From Octopus sinensis (Eukaryota), in contig NC_042999.1 in assembly GCF_006345805.1 (NCBI RefSeq), positions 40,486,001-40,550,000 on the forward strand: a stretch of 64,000 nt of DNA, in the 5' to 3' direction. Numbering within the stretch: position 1 is the stretch's first letter; every line of letters begins with the position of its first letter. The translations under genes and the position numbers were made by a program. Of the stretch, positions 1-13,318 are shown in pieces. The notes beneath the pieces are model-generated. The model was given only the letters and a program-made list of their open reading frames with translations. It was not told the origin of the DNA and did not search any database.

Positions 1-700
1 ATAACCAAATCGTAACTACCGTAACAACTCATATTATACGAACGTTAACACTACGATATTACACGTCTGCATATTTCCACAACTACATCCTCACCACTAT
101 ATCTCCAGCAGCAAAAGAGTAGCAACACTTTTAATGTATCACACCCTCACTGACTCGACTCTACCATTATCTCTACTGTATCACCTCTCATATCCTGCCC
201 TACAAATCACTGTTAACATATCTTCACTACCATAGCATTATCACGGTCACGACGACTGTCACCCCGACCATATAAACACAGCCAACACTCCCATCTTAAC
301 AACACACTACCAGCATCGTCCTCATATCGCCACTACCAACATCACCACCATCTTATCATAAGCAACAATCCTATCATAAAACCTCTATATCACTAGAGCC
401 ATCGCCCTCAATATATCAGCAGCACCACCATCATATCTCCAGTCCGAACATCGCTAGCAATAACATCAGCATTACATTACTCTAATAATCATTACTACAA
501 CAGTGGCAACGCCACCGCTACTGCCATGGCATCACCGACACCACCACAATATACCGATAACCATCATTACTGTAAAAGCCACCAGCCACATCCCTCCCAT
601 TACACCATTATCCTTACCACCAACCACTACCACCACAATATCAATACTAATACCATTCTACCAGTATTACTACCATTAAAAACATTGTGTTAAAGTCTTA
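1..700. repeat. Degenerate (ACC/ACT/ATC)n low-complexity tract
   Basis: A/C-rich and G-poor on +, with recurring accaccac, actacc and catcac words; no ORF. Confidence 0.7.
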
Positions 701-1044
701 CAACCTACCAATCTGATTAGGATTCTAATCATTGCGGTCGATCAATTGTCTTTCATCTTGTTTTTCAGTAGGTTTCAGCAATCATTCCACCACCCCTCCT
801 TTCTATATTCTTTTGTTCTCCCTCAGTTCCCTTCCCATATATACTCTCCATCTCTTTTCTATTCTTATTTCTCGCCCCCTCTACCGTATCTTACTCCTTC
901 TTACTTGTTATGTATTTCTCCCCGCACCGCCCTCACCCCTCTTTAATTCTGTCACTGATTGCTATCTAATATTTTCTGAAGATTTTCTAATCATCTAAAC
1001 AGAAATGATTTCTGTATTAGCTCCGATAACAAAACTAGCTATTT

Positions 1045-1312
1045 TCTCTCTCTCTGTCTCTCTGTCTCTCCCTCTCTCCCTCTCCCTCTCTCCCTCTCCC
1101 TCTCTCCCTCTCTCCCTCTTCCTCTCTCCCTCTCCCTCTCTCCCTCCCTCTCTCTCTCTCTTCCTTATATATTCTATTAACATAGATATATTTTTTAGAA
1201 TGTATCTTTCTATGAATGTATTTATGCAGATACACAAACCTACATACACACGTAAATAATATATATGCATATATATGTGTGTGGGTGTCTATTATGTATA
1301 TATATGTATGTG

Positions 1313-1384
<72 letters not shown>

Positions 1385-1460
1385 CATTTATGCATGCATG
1401 TATGTGTGCATACATACCACACACACGCACACAAACACAGATAGATAGATAGATAGATAG
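1045..1460. repeat. Compound microsatellite (CT/CTCTCC, TA, TG, GATA)
   Basis: Direct reading of the sequence. Confidence 0.95.
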
Positions 1461-1622
1461 ATTAACGATCTATTTTATACTAGAGCTTCCGTGGCGTGTA
1501 GCCCCTCTATCAGACAAGTTACACGGGCATGGGCCTGACTTGTTTGATTTATTGAGAATACGGTCACATGCTGTAGACCTTCTTCAGTAACAAGCTACTG
1601 GACCGACTTAAGTCAACTTAAG

Positions 1623-1653
<31 letters not shown>

Positions 1654-1817
1654 GTACACACACACACATACAAACACCCATACACACAGACGGAAACACA
1701 TAAGTGTATATATGCATGTATGTATGTGTTAGTATGTATGTATGCACGCGAGCGGTGTGTGTTTATACATGTATTAATATTATTAGTATTAACCGACAGA
1801 GAATCGTAAATATTTAT

Positions 1818-1975
1818 AGGCGCAGGCGAGGCTGTGTAGTTAGAAGATGGCTTCCCAACCACTTGACCCAAGGTTTAGTCCCGCTGCATGGCACCTTTAG
1901 CAGGTATCTCGTATAGCCTTGAACCGACCAAAGTCTTGTAAGTGAATTTCGTAGACAGAGACTGAATGAAGGTTG
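1818..1975 (+). mobile_element. tRNA-derived SINE family A, diverged 5' half
   Basis: Similar to the head of the intact copy at 12909 (ggcgcagg..gctgtgt..ggcacctt..ccgaccaaag). Confidence 0.75.
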
Positions 1976-2307
1976 TCTTCAGGTGATTGAAACATTTATC
2001 TTAGCGAGATAAATAAATCACCTGAAGATTGACTGTAACCATAACTCGAATTTTTACGAATTGGACAGCTATGAAACGATCGTAGTGTTTTACTCATTAT
2101 CTTTTATTAAACTTTTAATAATTTTGATATATATTTAAAATAATATAAATTAATTAATTTTATGTATTGGCTTAAGTTTTTCATTGTTTGATTTGCCTAA
2201 TAGTGGTTTTATCTCTAATTTAATATAATATAATATTTTACTATAAAATTGGATTCAATCCTAAATCTGATTTTTCCCTGTAAGTTTGGATTTATTCCCT
2301 AATATTT

Positions 2308-2354
<47 letters not shown>

Positions 2355-2359
<5 letters not shown>

Positions 2360-2625
2360 GTATATGTATATGTACATGTGTGTCTGTGTCTGTGTGTATG
2401 TGTGTTTTTGTGTCTATGTTTGTCTCACTACCACCGGGCTCGCCAAATTATGTTCGTGTATTTACGTTCCCGTAACCTAGCGGATCAGCAAAATAATCTG
2501 ATAGAATAAGTACGAGACTTAAAAAAATATACCAAATTGATTCATTCGGTTAGAAATTCTTCAAGGCTGCGTCCCAGCATAGCTGCTGTTTAATGACTGA
2601 AAATGTTAAAAGATAAAAGATACAA
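2355..2625 (+). mobile_element. SINE family A, diverged 3' half
   Basis: cccgtaacctagcgg..gatagaataagtac..ccagcat..atgactgaaa followed by an aaaagat tail. Confidence 0.75.
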
Positions 2626-3466
2626 CAACGTTTCACATCACCGATTATTCCAACGATTGAAGTAAAGATACATCATTCCAATATATAAGTAACAATATCT
2701 GCAGACGTATAGTAATACCATGAATCAGCAATGTATAGAAATTTGGATGCTCTCCGGCAAATCATTCCAGAATGCTCTGGGCGTTCATATATTCAATTGT
2801 CAAAACGAAAGATTTTGTCTTCTATTCAAGACACAAAATAGGTGATGAGTTTATGTTATAGACATCGCCTATTTATAATACATATATGGAAGAAAAATGA
2901 CTCACTGTAAATTAAATGTACATGTTAGTGAATAGATTTTACAGTGTTCTTAATCAATGAACTAACCAGTTGCTAGATCAAAATTCCTCAATGAACAGTA
3001 CTGTAGGTATTTACACGAATTAATCGATTTCCTTCTACCAAATTGTGACAAGCTGTAGTTCAACCGTGTATCATTCTGTGTGACAGAGCCCTCATCGTTT
3101 TCAGCCTTTTATCCATATATATGTAGACGTGTGATCTGAAAAGAATCGAGGATTCAGAGCATTTCAATAGTGACGCTGTAAGTCGTTTTGTATGTTACAG
3201 AATGTATAAATATGAGGTAACATTCTAATTGCAATGGGTTTACGTGTAGCCTATGAACTTAAAGACATGCTTCTAAGAGATTACACGTTACGTTTGTTAC
3301 AATTATATGCAGCGAAGAAATATTATAGTACTTCAACAAGAAAATTTCCTATTGCTTATAATTTCTAAAACATGAAGTAATATTTTTGATGCAGCTGTAG
3401 AAAGAAATTTCTTTAGGGTAATGTTCCTTTATAAGGTTTAGGAATATCCAGGTAATATTAAACGAT

Positions 3467-3722
3467 TATTCTGTTGCGTCTGGGGAGAGTCATTCTCTTT
3501 TAGTACCTTATTATTTAACACACTCACCACTAAAATTTCCACTTATTTCTTATTTTTATTTTCTAAAATTTTCGTTGCGTCTTGCAACCATTTCAATAGT
3601 CTTGCAAGACGCAACGAAAATTTTAGAAAATAAAAATAAGAAATAAGTGGAAATTTTACCGGTGAGTGTGTTAAATAATAAGGCACTAAAAAAGAATGAC
3701 CCTCCCCAGACACAACAGAATA
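3467..3722. repeat. Long near-perfect inverted repeat (about 121-bp arms, 14-nt loop); foldback or MITE-like
   Basis: Arms 3467-3587 and 3602-3722 are reverse complements with about 6 mismatches counted by eye. Confidence 0.95.
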
Positions 3723-4706
3723 TGCTTCAACACACGAACTCATATAAAAGAATCTTGCAAACCAAATCCCAAAACGAAATTAAACGATTACTTATCCTGG
3801 AAAGAAGATTCTGCGATGTAATGTTTCGTTGAATATTTTTCCTCTATGGATATTTTTTATTGTTCTGCATGTAAAGTATCATTCCCCTCAGTTTTCTGAC
3901 CTTTAAAGCGACATAGTTAACGTTGATAACTGATATAAGATACTTAGCGATTCTTTGCTTTGTTTGCTACAACAAAATTATTCCTAATAGTTTAGATTCG
4001 GTTCTTGCGTGACCCTTAAATCTAACGATTTCAATATTTTGACGAAACCCTTCAAGCACCATTTATTAAATCGCGATACTCCTTTCAGAAAATGAACAAA
4101 CCACCATCACGTTGAAAATCGGAAACGCGCGGATCGAGATCAGTACTAAAGTTAGTCTAAGACATAAATTTAACCATTTCAAAAACCTCAGTACTATCGT
4201 ATGGACCTATGGCTGGTTCAAACAATTCATAGTCACATTTCGTAAATAAATTGTCATAATACAGCAAAGATTGTTTTCGTGCAATGATATTAAGTCCCTT
4301 ATCTCTAATTGGAACATAAATGGAACGGAACAACTATTTAATTCTAAAAGTTCTTTGAAGATGGTGTTTAGTTGTACACTAAGAGAACTGTACTATATTG
4401 AACTGCATAATTTACTGACGGTATTTATTATCCTTATTTCTGAAAGATCTGATAAGAGTATAAACAATTCTTCTGTACTTAGTGTTGTAAATGAAGGAAT
4501 CTAAATTATTGGTTATGTATGATATAAAATATTTAAATCTCTACGTATTATAATATAAGTGTGCGCGTGTGTGTTTAATATATGACAATATATTCATATA
4601 GAATACATTTCTATACATAGACATATGTATACATATATATGTACATAAATATATACAAACACGCATATATATAAACCTAAATATATATGTACGCATATGT
4701 GTATAT

Positions 4707-4780
<74 letters not shown>

Positions 4781-4784
4781 ATAT

Positions 4785-5880
4785 TCTGGAGAACATAACA
4801 CAATATGTTGTGATCTCGATAGAATCCACTGAAGCCCAGCTGAAGTCACCATCTGTTTCCTTCAGGGAACTGTGTTGGGTCCGCTTCATTTTATAGTCTA
4901 TAGAAACGACCTTTCGAGCGTCAGAAAACACAGCAAAGCAAAAATATTCATTGATGACTCCTAGCTCCAGAAAATTATCAATGAAGAAAACCGAACTCAA
5001 CTCGCATTGCGAATGTTGCTCCAGCCTGATCTACTTGCTATAAGTCAATGGGTAGATGAAATGAAAATGCAACTAAACTAAGGAAAATTTGAGCTGATGC
5101 ATTTTGGAAGAAATACTATGCTGAAACACCCATAGTCTCTTCTTTCAGAGGAACCACTCACAGCATCTAATAATATCAGAGGCCTAGGAGTATTTGTTAA
5201 TAACAATCTCAGCTGGAGTACCCACATCAACAGTAAGGTCGTTGACATCCTGGATCCTAAGTACATTCCGGTCCAAGAAACAAGCTGTCTCATTCCTCAT
5301 TTCTTCTCCTTTCTACGGTCATACCTCGAATACTACTACCCCTAGTATTGTCCCCATACAAAACAAAACATTTCGAAAATTGAATCACCCTTGAAGTCAT
5401 TCACTAAAAGAATTAAGGAAATGACTGATCTTGATTACTGGGACCGCCTTAGAACATTGAAATGCTATTCCCTCCAGCGCTGCAGTGAGCGATACATCAT
5501 TTGCACGATGCGGGGAATAAACCACCAGCATTTTCAAAACGACCTCAACATTAGCTTCAAAATTCATGCAAGGAGAGGATCACGGGCTACACGTTCCCTA
5601 CACAATACATAAATACACTGCAACAAAAATTATTTTAAATTGTCCCGAAATAGACCAAGGAGGAAAAGGTTCCCGTCCCTTTTAAACGGAATCCGGACAA
5701 ATCTCTTCAAGTAATACCAGACAAGTGACTCATACCTGGATGCAAATCCCTCAACAAGTACTCCCTACTCGAAAGGACCATGATACCACAAAACTTGACT
5801 ATTTAGCTAAATATTTAGCTAACCTTACCAGGTGGTGCTATTAAGTTGGACGTGGTCGAAACATATCAAAGTTATCTAAG
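4785..5880 (+). mobile_element. Decayed, 5'-truncated CR1-type LINE (RT C-terminal half and 3' UTR)
   Basis: Frame-broken RT motifs QGTVLGP, FIDD, MQLN*GKFELMHFG, LGVFVNNNLSWSTHI, FTKRI...DYWDRLRTLKCYSLQR. Confidence 0.85.
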
Positions 5881-6314
5881 TTATATATATATATATATAT
5901 TATCATAATTTTCGTTTACGAGGTCGCTTCCGTTCCTTCATTCTTTAGTATCGTTTGCACGTGTTCATTCATTCCTTCGACTGCTTTGTAAATGTTCGAT
6001 TACTTTTAGCGTAGTTGTCTCTGTCTCAGTCATAAATACCAGGGGTTCGCTTTCAGCATAAATTTGCATTGTGATGTTGCTTCCCATTCCGAGCATATAA
6101 GAAGCATTCTTTCTTCTTCCATCAACGGCTCTGTCATAGAGGTCATGCAAAGCTCTTGTTAGCCACTCTTGCCTCTCTGATCAATCTATTAAAACACACA
6201 AACACACACACACACTCACACACACACACATATACACACACTCACACAAACACACACACAGACTCTTGCATTTCTGACCAGCCTATCAAAACACACAAAC
6301 GCCCACATAATCAT

Positions 6315-6342
6315 ATAGACAGATAGATTAATAGATAGAAAC

Positions 6343-6440
<98 letters not shown>

Positions 6441-6445
6441 GGATG
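6315..6445. repeat. (GATA)n microsatellite
   Basis: Direct reading. Confidence 0.97.
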
Positions 6446-6469
6446 GATAGTACAGACAACTGACTCAAC

Positions 6470-7890
6470 ACTACAGTAAACTAACGTACACATGTATGGT
6501 CTCCCTAAGATTCCCAATGATGGTATTCCATTAAGACCTATAGTGAGCTCTAGAGGGTCAGCATGTCATCCACTGAAGTGCTTCCTTGTGGATATAATCA
6601 GTCCATTAGCAAGAAAGTCAACATTGTACATGAGGAATTCCACCCACTTCGCAGAATTAATCAAGGATAACGCCATTGAACCCTACCCAATGGTGAGTCT
6701 AGATGTGATAAGACTGTTCACCAAAAGTCCTAACTGGTGAACACTATAGGTGATTCAAGAAAAAACTTGTGAAAGACACCTATCTAGGAGAACATACTAG
6801 TATACCAATAAGAAATTTGATGGAAATGTTGACTTTCTGTGTAGAAACTACCTGGACACTGATATATATCGACAAGAAGAGGGTTTAGCTATGGGTTCGC
6901 CATTATCACCGATAATAGCTAATATATACATGGAATATATTAGAGAATTTGACTTTATGATCAACACCACTAAAAACAACCCTATGGCTGCTATATGTTG
7001 CTGAAAACTTTATACTCTGGCGCCACCAAGAATATGGCCAAGTTCTGTTAGATCATGTGAACTCAATAGAGCCATCCATAAAGTTCACAATGAAAAAGGA
7101 AAGAAAAGAAAAAGGCAATCAGCTAGCATTTCTGGACGTATCAGTAACAAGCACCAAGTATGGATTCAGAACATCCAGATATCGCAAGCCGACCTTAACT
7201 GGACGATACTTCAACTTCAATTCCCACCATCCATACAGTGTAAAAAGAGGGATTGCCCAGTACCTAAAACATCGAGCAAATAATATAAGTAGCGAACGTG
7301 ATACCTACCACTAAGAAATGATCAAGCTACGTAACAATCTATTAAGCAACAACTAACCCCCAAACATACAATCCACTCCAATTATGAAGAAAAGAGAGGA
7401 TGAAACCAATAAACTGTCCACAGTCTCTCTACCCTATGTGGAAGGTCTCTCCGAAAAGATACAAAAGATATGCGGTCCATATGACATCAGGACATTATTC
7501 AAGTGTAATACAACACCTTGCAATTATCTCCTTCCAGTAAAACCACCAATAGAAGAGAATATGACCAAGAACTGCGAGTACTCCATACCAGGTTATACAA
7601 TGGTGAAACATGCCGCCCCTAAAAATAAGGACAGATGAACATCGCAAAGCTGTGACACGAGGAGATATTGATAAATCGGGTATTGCTGATTATGTATTGA
7701 AAATGGAGACTAACTCCACCTGTGAGATGAAGTTAAAATAGTAGACAGAGAACACCACTGGAAAATACGAAACGTAAAAGAAGCAGCACATACGCTAGGG
7801 CACAACAACCTCCTAAGCAGTACGAGTGCAGATATGAATAGCATATGGGAACCGGTTTTAAGGAAGGATAGGAGAAAATTATATTTATAA
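6470..7890 (+). mobile_element. Decayed Penelope-like element (Poseidon-type), RT plus GIY-YIG endonuclease
   Basis: YGLPKIP..LRPIVS, SLDV..LFT, GLAMGSPLSPIIANIYME, LAFLDV, YRKPT.TGRY.NF.SHHP, LPYVEGLSEKI, then EYSIP/GET/EHRKAV and WDEVKIVDRE; many stops and frameshifts. Confidence 0.9.
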
Positions 7891-7920
7891 GCCCTCGTAT
7901 TCAATCCATAATTGCCCATA

Positions 7921-8185
7921 GGCATAAGGCGTAGTGGTTAAGAGTGCCGGCTATTAAACCCAAGTTTCCGAGTAATAATATAATAATAATGATAACAGCA
8001 GGAACATCGAAAAATACCTTAGTAATGAGAACCCAGGTTTGAAATTTCCCTAAGACACCTGATGAACGCTGGAGGGTACAGCAACCGAAATGATGCGTTA
8101 ACAACAAAAATGAGGACAAATATCAGCCAAATGTAAATCATGTACATAATTCCTCATCTCTTAAATATAGAAGTGTATTATATAG
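7921..8185 (+). mobile_element. tRNA-like head + (AAT)n + hammerhead-bearing tail (family F); PLE terminal repeat or PLE-dependent SINE
   Basis: A-box-like aggcgtagtgg at 7927; B-box cut off after gagt at 7973; hammerhead architecture at 8054-8100; the 3' part recurs at 43473-43610. Confidence 0.6.
8054..8100 (+). ncRNA. Degenerate minimal type I hammerhead ribozyme
   Basis: GACAC-CTGATGA-A-(c)GCTG..CAGC(aacc)-GAAA-tgat-GCGTT. Core intact, stem I 4 of 5 paired, stem III mutated. Confidence 0.55.
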
Positions 8186-8409
8186 ATGGAGAGATCTTTT
8201 ATCTCATTGACTATTCACCAATAGTCATCATTCATTTACCTATTGTTACACCCCTCCAAAGCGTTCGCTTATTAATATATTTTTGTAATTTTTATATAAC
8301 TATCTGATTTCTCATTCAAATTCAAAGATTTCGCTTGCATCGCTTCCCTCTCATAACTTACAAATATAAGCATATATATTTCCGCACATGCGCGTTGTTA
8401 CATATAAGA

Positions 8410-8900
8410 ATATTCTGTGGCTGTGTGGTAAGTAGCTTACTTACCAAATGCATGGTTTATGTGTCTGCCTCTGTCCCCACCATCATCGTTTTGACAACCG
8501 GTGTTGGTGTGTTTACGTCCCCTCAACTTAGCGGTTCGGCAAAAGAGACCGATAGGAAAAGTTCTAAGCTTACAAAGAATAAGTCCTAGGGTCAATTTGT
8601 TCGACTAAAAGCGGTGCTCCAGCATGACCGCAGTGAAATGACTAAAGCAAGTAAAAGAAAAAATAGAAGGTGTAGGATTGGCACCTTGGGTAAGTGTCTT
8701 CTACTATAGCCTCGGGCCGACCAAGGCCTTGTGAGTGGATTTGGTAGACGGAAACTGAAAGACGCCCGTCGTATATATGTGTATTTATATATGTATGTGT
8801 GTGTATATGTTTGTGTGTCTGTGTTTGTCCCCCCAACATCGCTTGACAATCGATGCTGGTGTGTTTACGTCCCCGTAACATAGCGGTTCAGCAAAAGACT
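8410..8900 (+). mobile_element. Two adjacent partial SINE family A copies (about 8410-8660 and 8680-8900)
   Basis: High similarity to the copy at 12909-13318, with internal deletions. Confidence 0.9.
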
Positions 8901-9501
8901 GAAACTAGTAAAAGAGAGAGTAAAGATTAAGAGCATATTAAAAAAAATAAAAAAACAAGTTTCGAAATTTAAAATTGATGGTATCAACTGTAGTAACATA
9001 GGTAGTTCGCAGGCGAAATGCATTATTTAACTATAAATTACAAATTAGCACGAAGCGTAGACAACCTAGTGACGTCTTATTTCAAATCTTAGTGTTTGAA
9101 AGTTTAGTTTATAAATATTTCTGCACCATGTGCTGTGTTTTTAGAGCAAAATAAAACCAGTACTCTAACGGAATATAACGTGACGGTCTTTTAATACTAG
9201 GTGGTCAACGCTGAAGAAGCTCAAGGATTAAATTTTCAAAAGCCGAAACCTGGGTATGTGGGTGTCCTAAATTGCATAATCTTTCCTAGTTGAGATTTTG
9301 AATGTATTAATTCTTTCTATTTCCTCGCCTACTGTTATTTCTCTGTTATCATGGTGTCTTTGTGCTTTACGGTGATTTAATTAAGACTTTAGCTCTTATT
9401 TCTAGCAGTTTGATTCTTATTCTGCCTCCTGACACTTCGTACTAATTTGTAATTTATATATGCATACATACATACAAGCATACATACATATATATGTGTG
9501 A

Positions 9502-9547
<46 letters not shown>

Positions 9548-9558
9548 GCGTGTGTATG

Positions 9559-9826
9559 CGGTGGCGGACTGGGTTTTAAAATACTGGTTACCAGAAACCT
9601 AAGAGGACGCACCTGCAAGTACAAGAGTGCCCACCCGAAACTACAAGGGGGCTCACCCACAACTACAACGCTATTATTTATTATTCTCTCAGGAGTGAAT
9701 ACAAAATTCTCAAACTTGAGGGGATGGGCCCCTTAGATAATAACATGGGCCCCTATATATGTACTATAATGGTGCAGGGGCCCACTTGCCATCAGGCAAG
9801 CTGGCAACCTGGCCAGTCCGGCATTG
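9559..9826. mobile_element. hAT-like MITE
   Basis: Imperfect TIRs CGGTGGCGGACTGG / CAATGCCGGACTGG (11 of 14) and internal GGGCCC repeats; no clear 8-bp TSD because the flanks are microsatellite. Confidence 0.55.
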
Positions 9827-11674
9827 TATATATATATATATATATATATACAAAGTGAGATAATTTTTAACTGCATATTACCTCAATACATCTGACTAAT
9901 ATAGGCACAATGAGATACATTTATCTACAGGCTGAAACAGCTGTAAGATCCATTTTATATGTATTATTTTTATGGTATTATCTTATTTATTGATGTATAT
10001 TGTTTTATTTTGTTTTATTCTATTGGATTTGGATGTTCCTATTTAAGTAGTTAATAAATAATATGAATTGGTATTATCTGTAAGTCGATGATTGAAAGGA
10101 ATCTGTTCCTCCATTTTCTTATTTGTATTATATATATATATATATATATATGAGTTGGCAACAATTGTTTTTGGCAATTGTTGCCAGGTATCTTTAATTG
10201 CCCTATACCTTTTCAGCAGAAAAAAGTTACTCATTCCTAGTTTTTCTCAGTGTTACTCAGCAATGACAAAGGTCTCTGAGGACATCTTTTTACTATTCAG
10301 AAAGAAAACCAAAACAATTATCTCTTGCGAATCGAACATGTAATGTAATATTTCTTCGCAGCGTGCTTTCCAACACAGCAAATAGCTCATACTTTAGCTG
10401 ATATGCGCACTCTTAAATATTTATTTTCACGCTAATAATCTAATTTGCGAATGGCTAGCTGTATTAAAACAAAAATGAAGTTGTTACAAATTACTTGAAC
10501 TCCTCGGAACTTTTGCATATTTTGCCTGACACATTAACAGATTGTTGTAGAGAAAGCTAATCAGCTGATGTTCTTTTGGGACATAATTTTTCTTAATTGC
10601 TGTTCAGTTATTCAGAATATAACCCAGCATCTTAACAACTTTAAGACGTGGGTTAATACATAACATATAGGTTTCACGTTTCTCATCATTACACATACGT
10701 TCACTTTCTGATTAATTTTTAATGTGAAGTTTATGACTTCTAGAAAATTATACTTTCAGTTCTGTTTTCTTCAGTTTTGATTCCATGTCAGTCCCCAGAG
10801 TAATATCCGATCAATTCTGTATTCTCCTTAATTGATATTTTAATTAAGGCATCCGGCAATTATTCTTCATTAAGAAGAAATCCGAGACAATATATTCTTT
10901 TGTGATTTTGCTGTGTTTTTAATATCAACACATCAGAGCAGAATCATACACACACACACGCAAACACACACACACCACACACACACATACTCACACACTC
11001 ACATACACACACACACACACTCAACCATAATCACACTCGTGCAAAAACCTACATGCACAGTTTCTGCAATAAACAGACCTTAGCTAATATGTATTCTTAT
11101 AGGCCCCAACTGACACATCTCTAGAATCCGTTTCCTATTAGAGACTATAATTGCAGTGTTTGCCGTGGGAGTCACTCTCTCTCTCTCTCTCACTCCCTCT
11201 CCCCTCTCTCTCTCCCTTTCTCTCCTCTCTGTCTCTCTTCCTCTCTCTATGCAATCTACTATTTATTACCTGTTGTTTGTTGTATATGCAAATGTTTCAC
11301 ATCCACACACACACACACACACTTGCACACAGACACACACACACAGACACACACACACATCCTTCTCTCTACTGATTGCCTACTGACTGCCAATGCTAAG
11401 AGCACAGCCTCGTTTCAACATTTTCCTTACACTTATGCATTTCAAAAAACAAAAAAAAAGAAACTTACTCAAACATATGATCAATAAGGTAGAAAAGACA
11501 ATCTTTAATGGAAGCATTACATCCACATCCTTTTCCCGAGCATAAAAGCGCATTATCAACCATTCACGAATAGGCATATAAAAGAACACGTACTTAAAAT
11601 AGTTGCTACAAAAGCTTAAAACAGCTGCTAAGCCCCTAAATCTGTTAAGGTTACCTTTTAATCTTTTATATTTT

Positions 11675-11830
11675 ACTTGTTTCGGTCATTGAACTGCTCT
11701 CATAGTGGGCCATCGCCTTTTTAAATCTGGTGCATATTTTATCAGTCTTTTTTGTCGAACAGCTAAGGTACAGGGACGTAAGCAGACCAGAAATGCTTGC
11801 CAAATTATAGAGAAGAAACACAAATACAAA
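11675..11830 (-). mobile_element. SINE family A, diverged 3' part
   Basis: ttttacttgtttcggtcatt and gctaag..gggacgtaa are the reverse complement of the family A tail. Confidence 0.65.
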
Positions 11831-11857
11831 CACACACGTGTGTGAAAGAGAGAAAAT

Positions 11858-11904
<47 letters not shown>

Positions 11905-12113
11905 AAGACAGAGAGACAGGCAGATAGACAGAAATACGGGCAGACAGACAGTTCGGAAAAAGATATCGATAGAATAAATACAAGAAGTTTATAAAATGAT
12001 AAGCCCTGGGGCAGATTTGTATGACGAAGCATGTCATAGCTGCTGTAGCATGGCCGAAGTCCAAGGACTGGACCAATTAATTCATAAGACACACACATAC
12101 ACACATGTGTATG

Positions 12114-12175
<62 letters not shown>

Positions 12176-12432
12176 ATATATAATTAAGGTTTAGCAACAA
12201 GTTGCTTCACCATATACCGAAAATTTAGAGATAGCAGCCAAATTGACAGCTAATTATTTTCACTACAGATATGACGCCACAGACAACAATATTTGTAACT
12301 CACATAGGCAAAAAAAAAAAAAAGAAAAAATAACGAAATCAAACAGTCTTCGATTAATTATGGACGCGTTTCTGAATTAGAATTAGACAAATTCATTTCC
12401 TTCTTCAATATAATATTTAGAGAATTATAAAT

Positions 12433-12495
<63 letters not shown>

Positions 12496-12908
12496 CATAA
12501 GTATGAATGTGCTTATCATAGGTGACTTTCAACCCAGTCTTCTATTGATATAGCTCGTGGTAAAATTTATGTAACACCTGCTTAAAACAACCATAAACTT
12601 AAAGTAGATGTGATGACAGAATTTTAATATTATTACTCAACACAATTCATTTATATCACCCTCTCAGATACTTTCGCCTGTATTTATTCTACTTTTCTTT
12701 ATCCTAATACCCCTCCCTCGCTTTAACCTTAATGTAATTTTCCTCTAATATGGCCACTCTATCACTTTTAGTTTCCCTTTTACCTTCTTCTTTTACTTAC
12801 TTTCTTGTCTACAGTTTATATATTTTATTTTATTTCATTTATTTCACTATACATATTTTATTCTATTCTATTTCTTATGGATATTTAAAAATTGAAAATA
12901 TCATAACA

Positions 12909-13318
12909 GGCGCAGGAGTGGCTGTGTGGTAAGTAGCTTGCTAACCAACCACATGGTTCCGGGTTCAGTCCCACTGCGTGGCATCTTGGGCAAGTGTCGT
13001 CTACTATAGCCCCGGGCCGACCAATGCCTTGTGAGTGGATTTGGTAGACGGAAACTGAAAGAAGCCTGTCGTATATATGTATATATATATATGTGTGTGT
13101 GTATGTGTTTGTGTGTCTTTGATTGTTCCCCTAGCATTGCTTGACAACCGATGCTGGTGTGTTTACGCCCCCGTCACTTAGCGGTTCGGCAAAAGAGACC
13201 GATAGAATAAGTACTGGGCTTACAAAGAATAAGTCCCGGGGTCGATTTGCTCGACTAAAAGGCGGTGCTCCAGCATGGCCGCAGTCAAATGACTGAAACA
13301 AGTAAAAGAGTAGAAGAG
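12909..13318 (+). mobile_element. Full-length young SINE family A (tRNA head, internal TA/TG microsatellite, AAAAGAGT tail)
   Basis: A-box TGGCTGTGTGG, B-box GGTTCAGTCCC, more than 15 copies in the window. Resembles described octopus tRNA-SINEs (OK/OR group); exact family not verified. Confidence 0.95.

Noticed and set aside
1540-1595. Hammerhead-like CTGAAGA-A-GGTC..GACC on the minus strand
   Set aside because: The GAAA half-core is replaced by GTAT and no stem I is found; at most a relic.
11469-11592. 124-nt minus-strand exon candidate with GA|GTAAGT donor
   Set aside because: One open frame but the peptide is unrecognisable; expected by chance in 64 kb.
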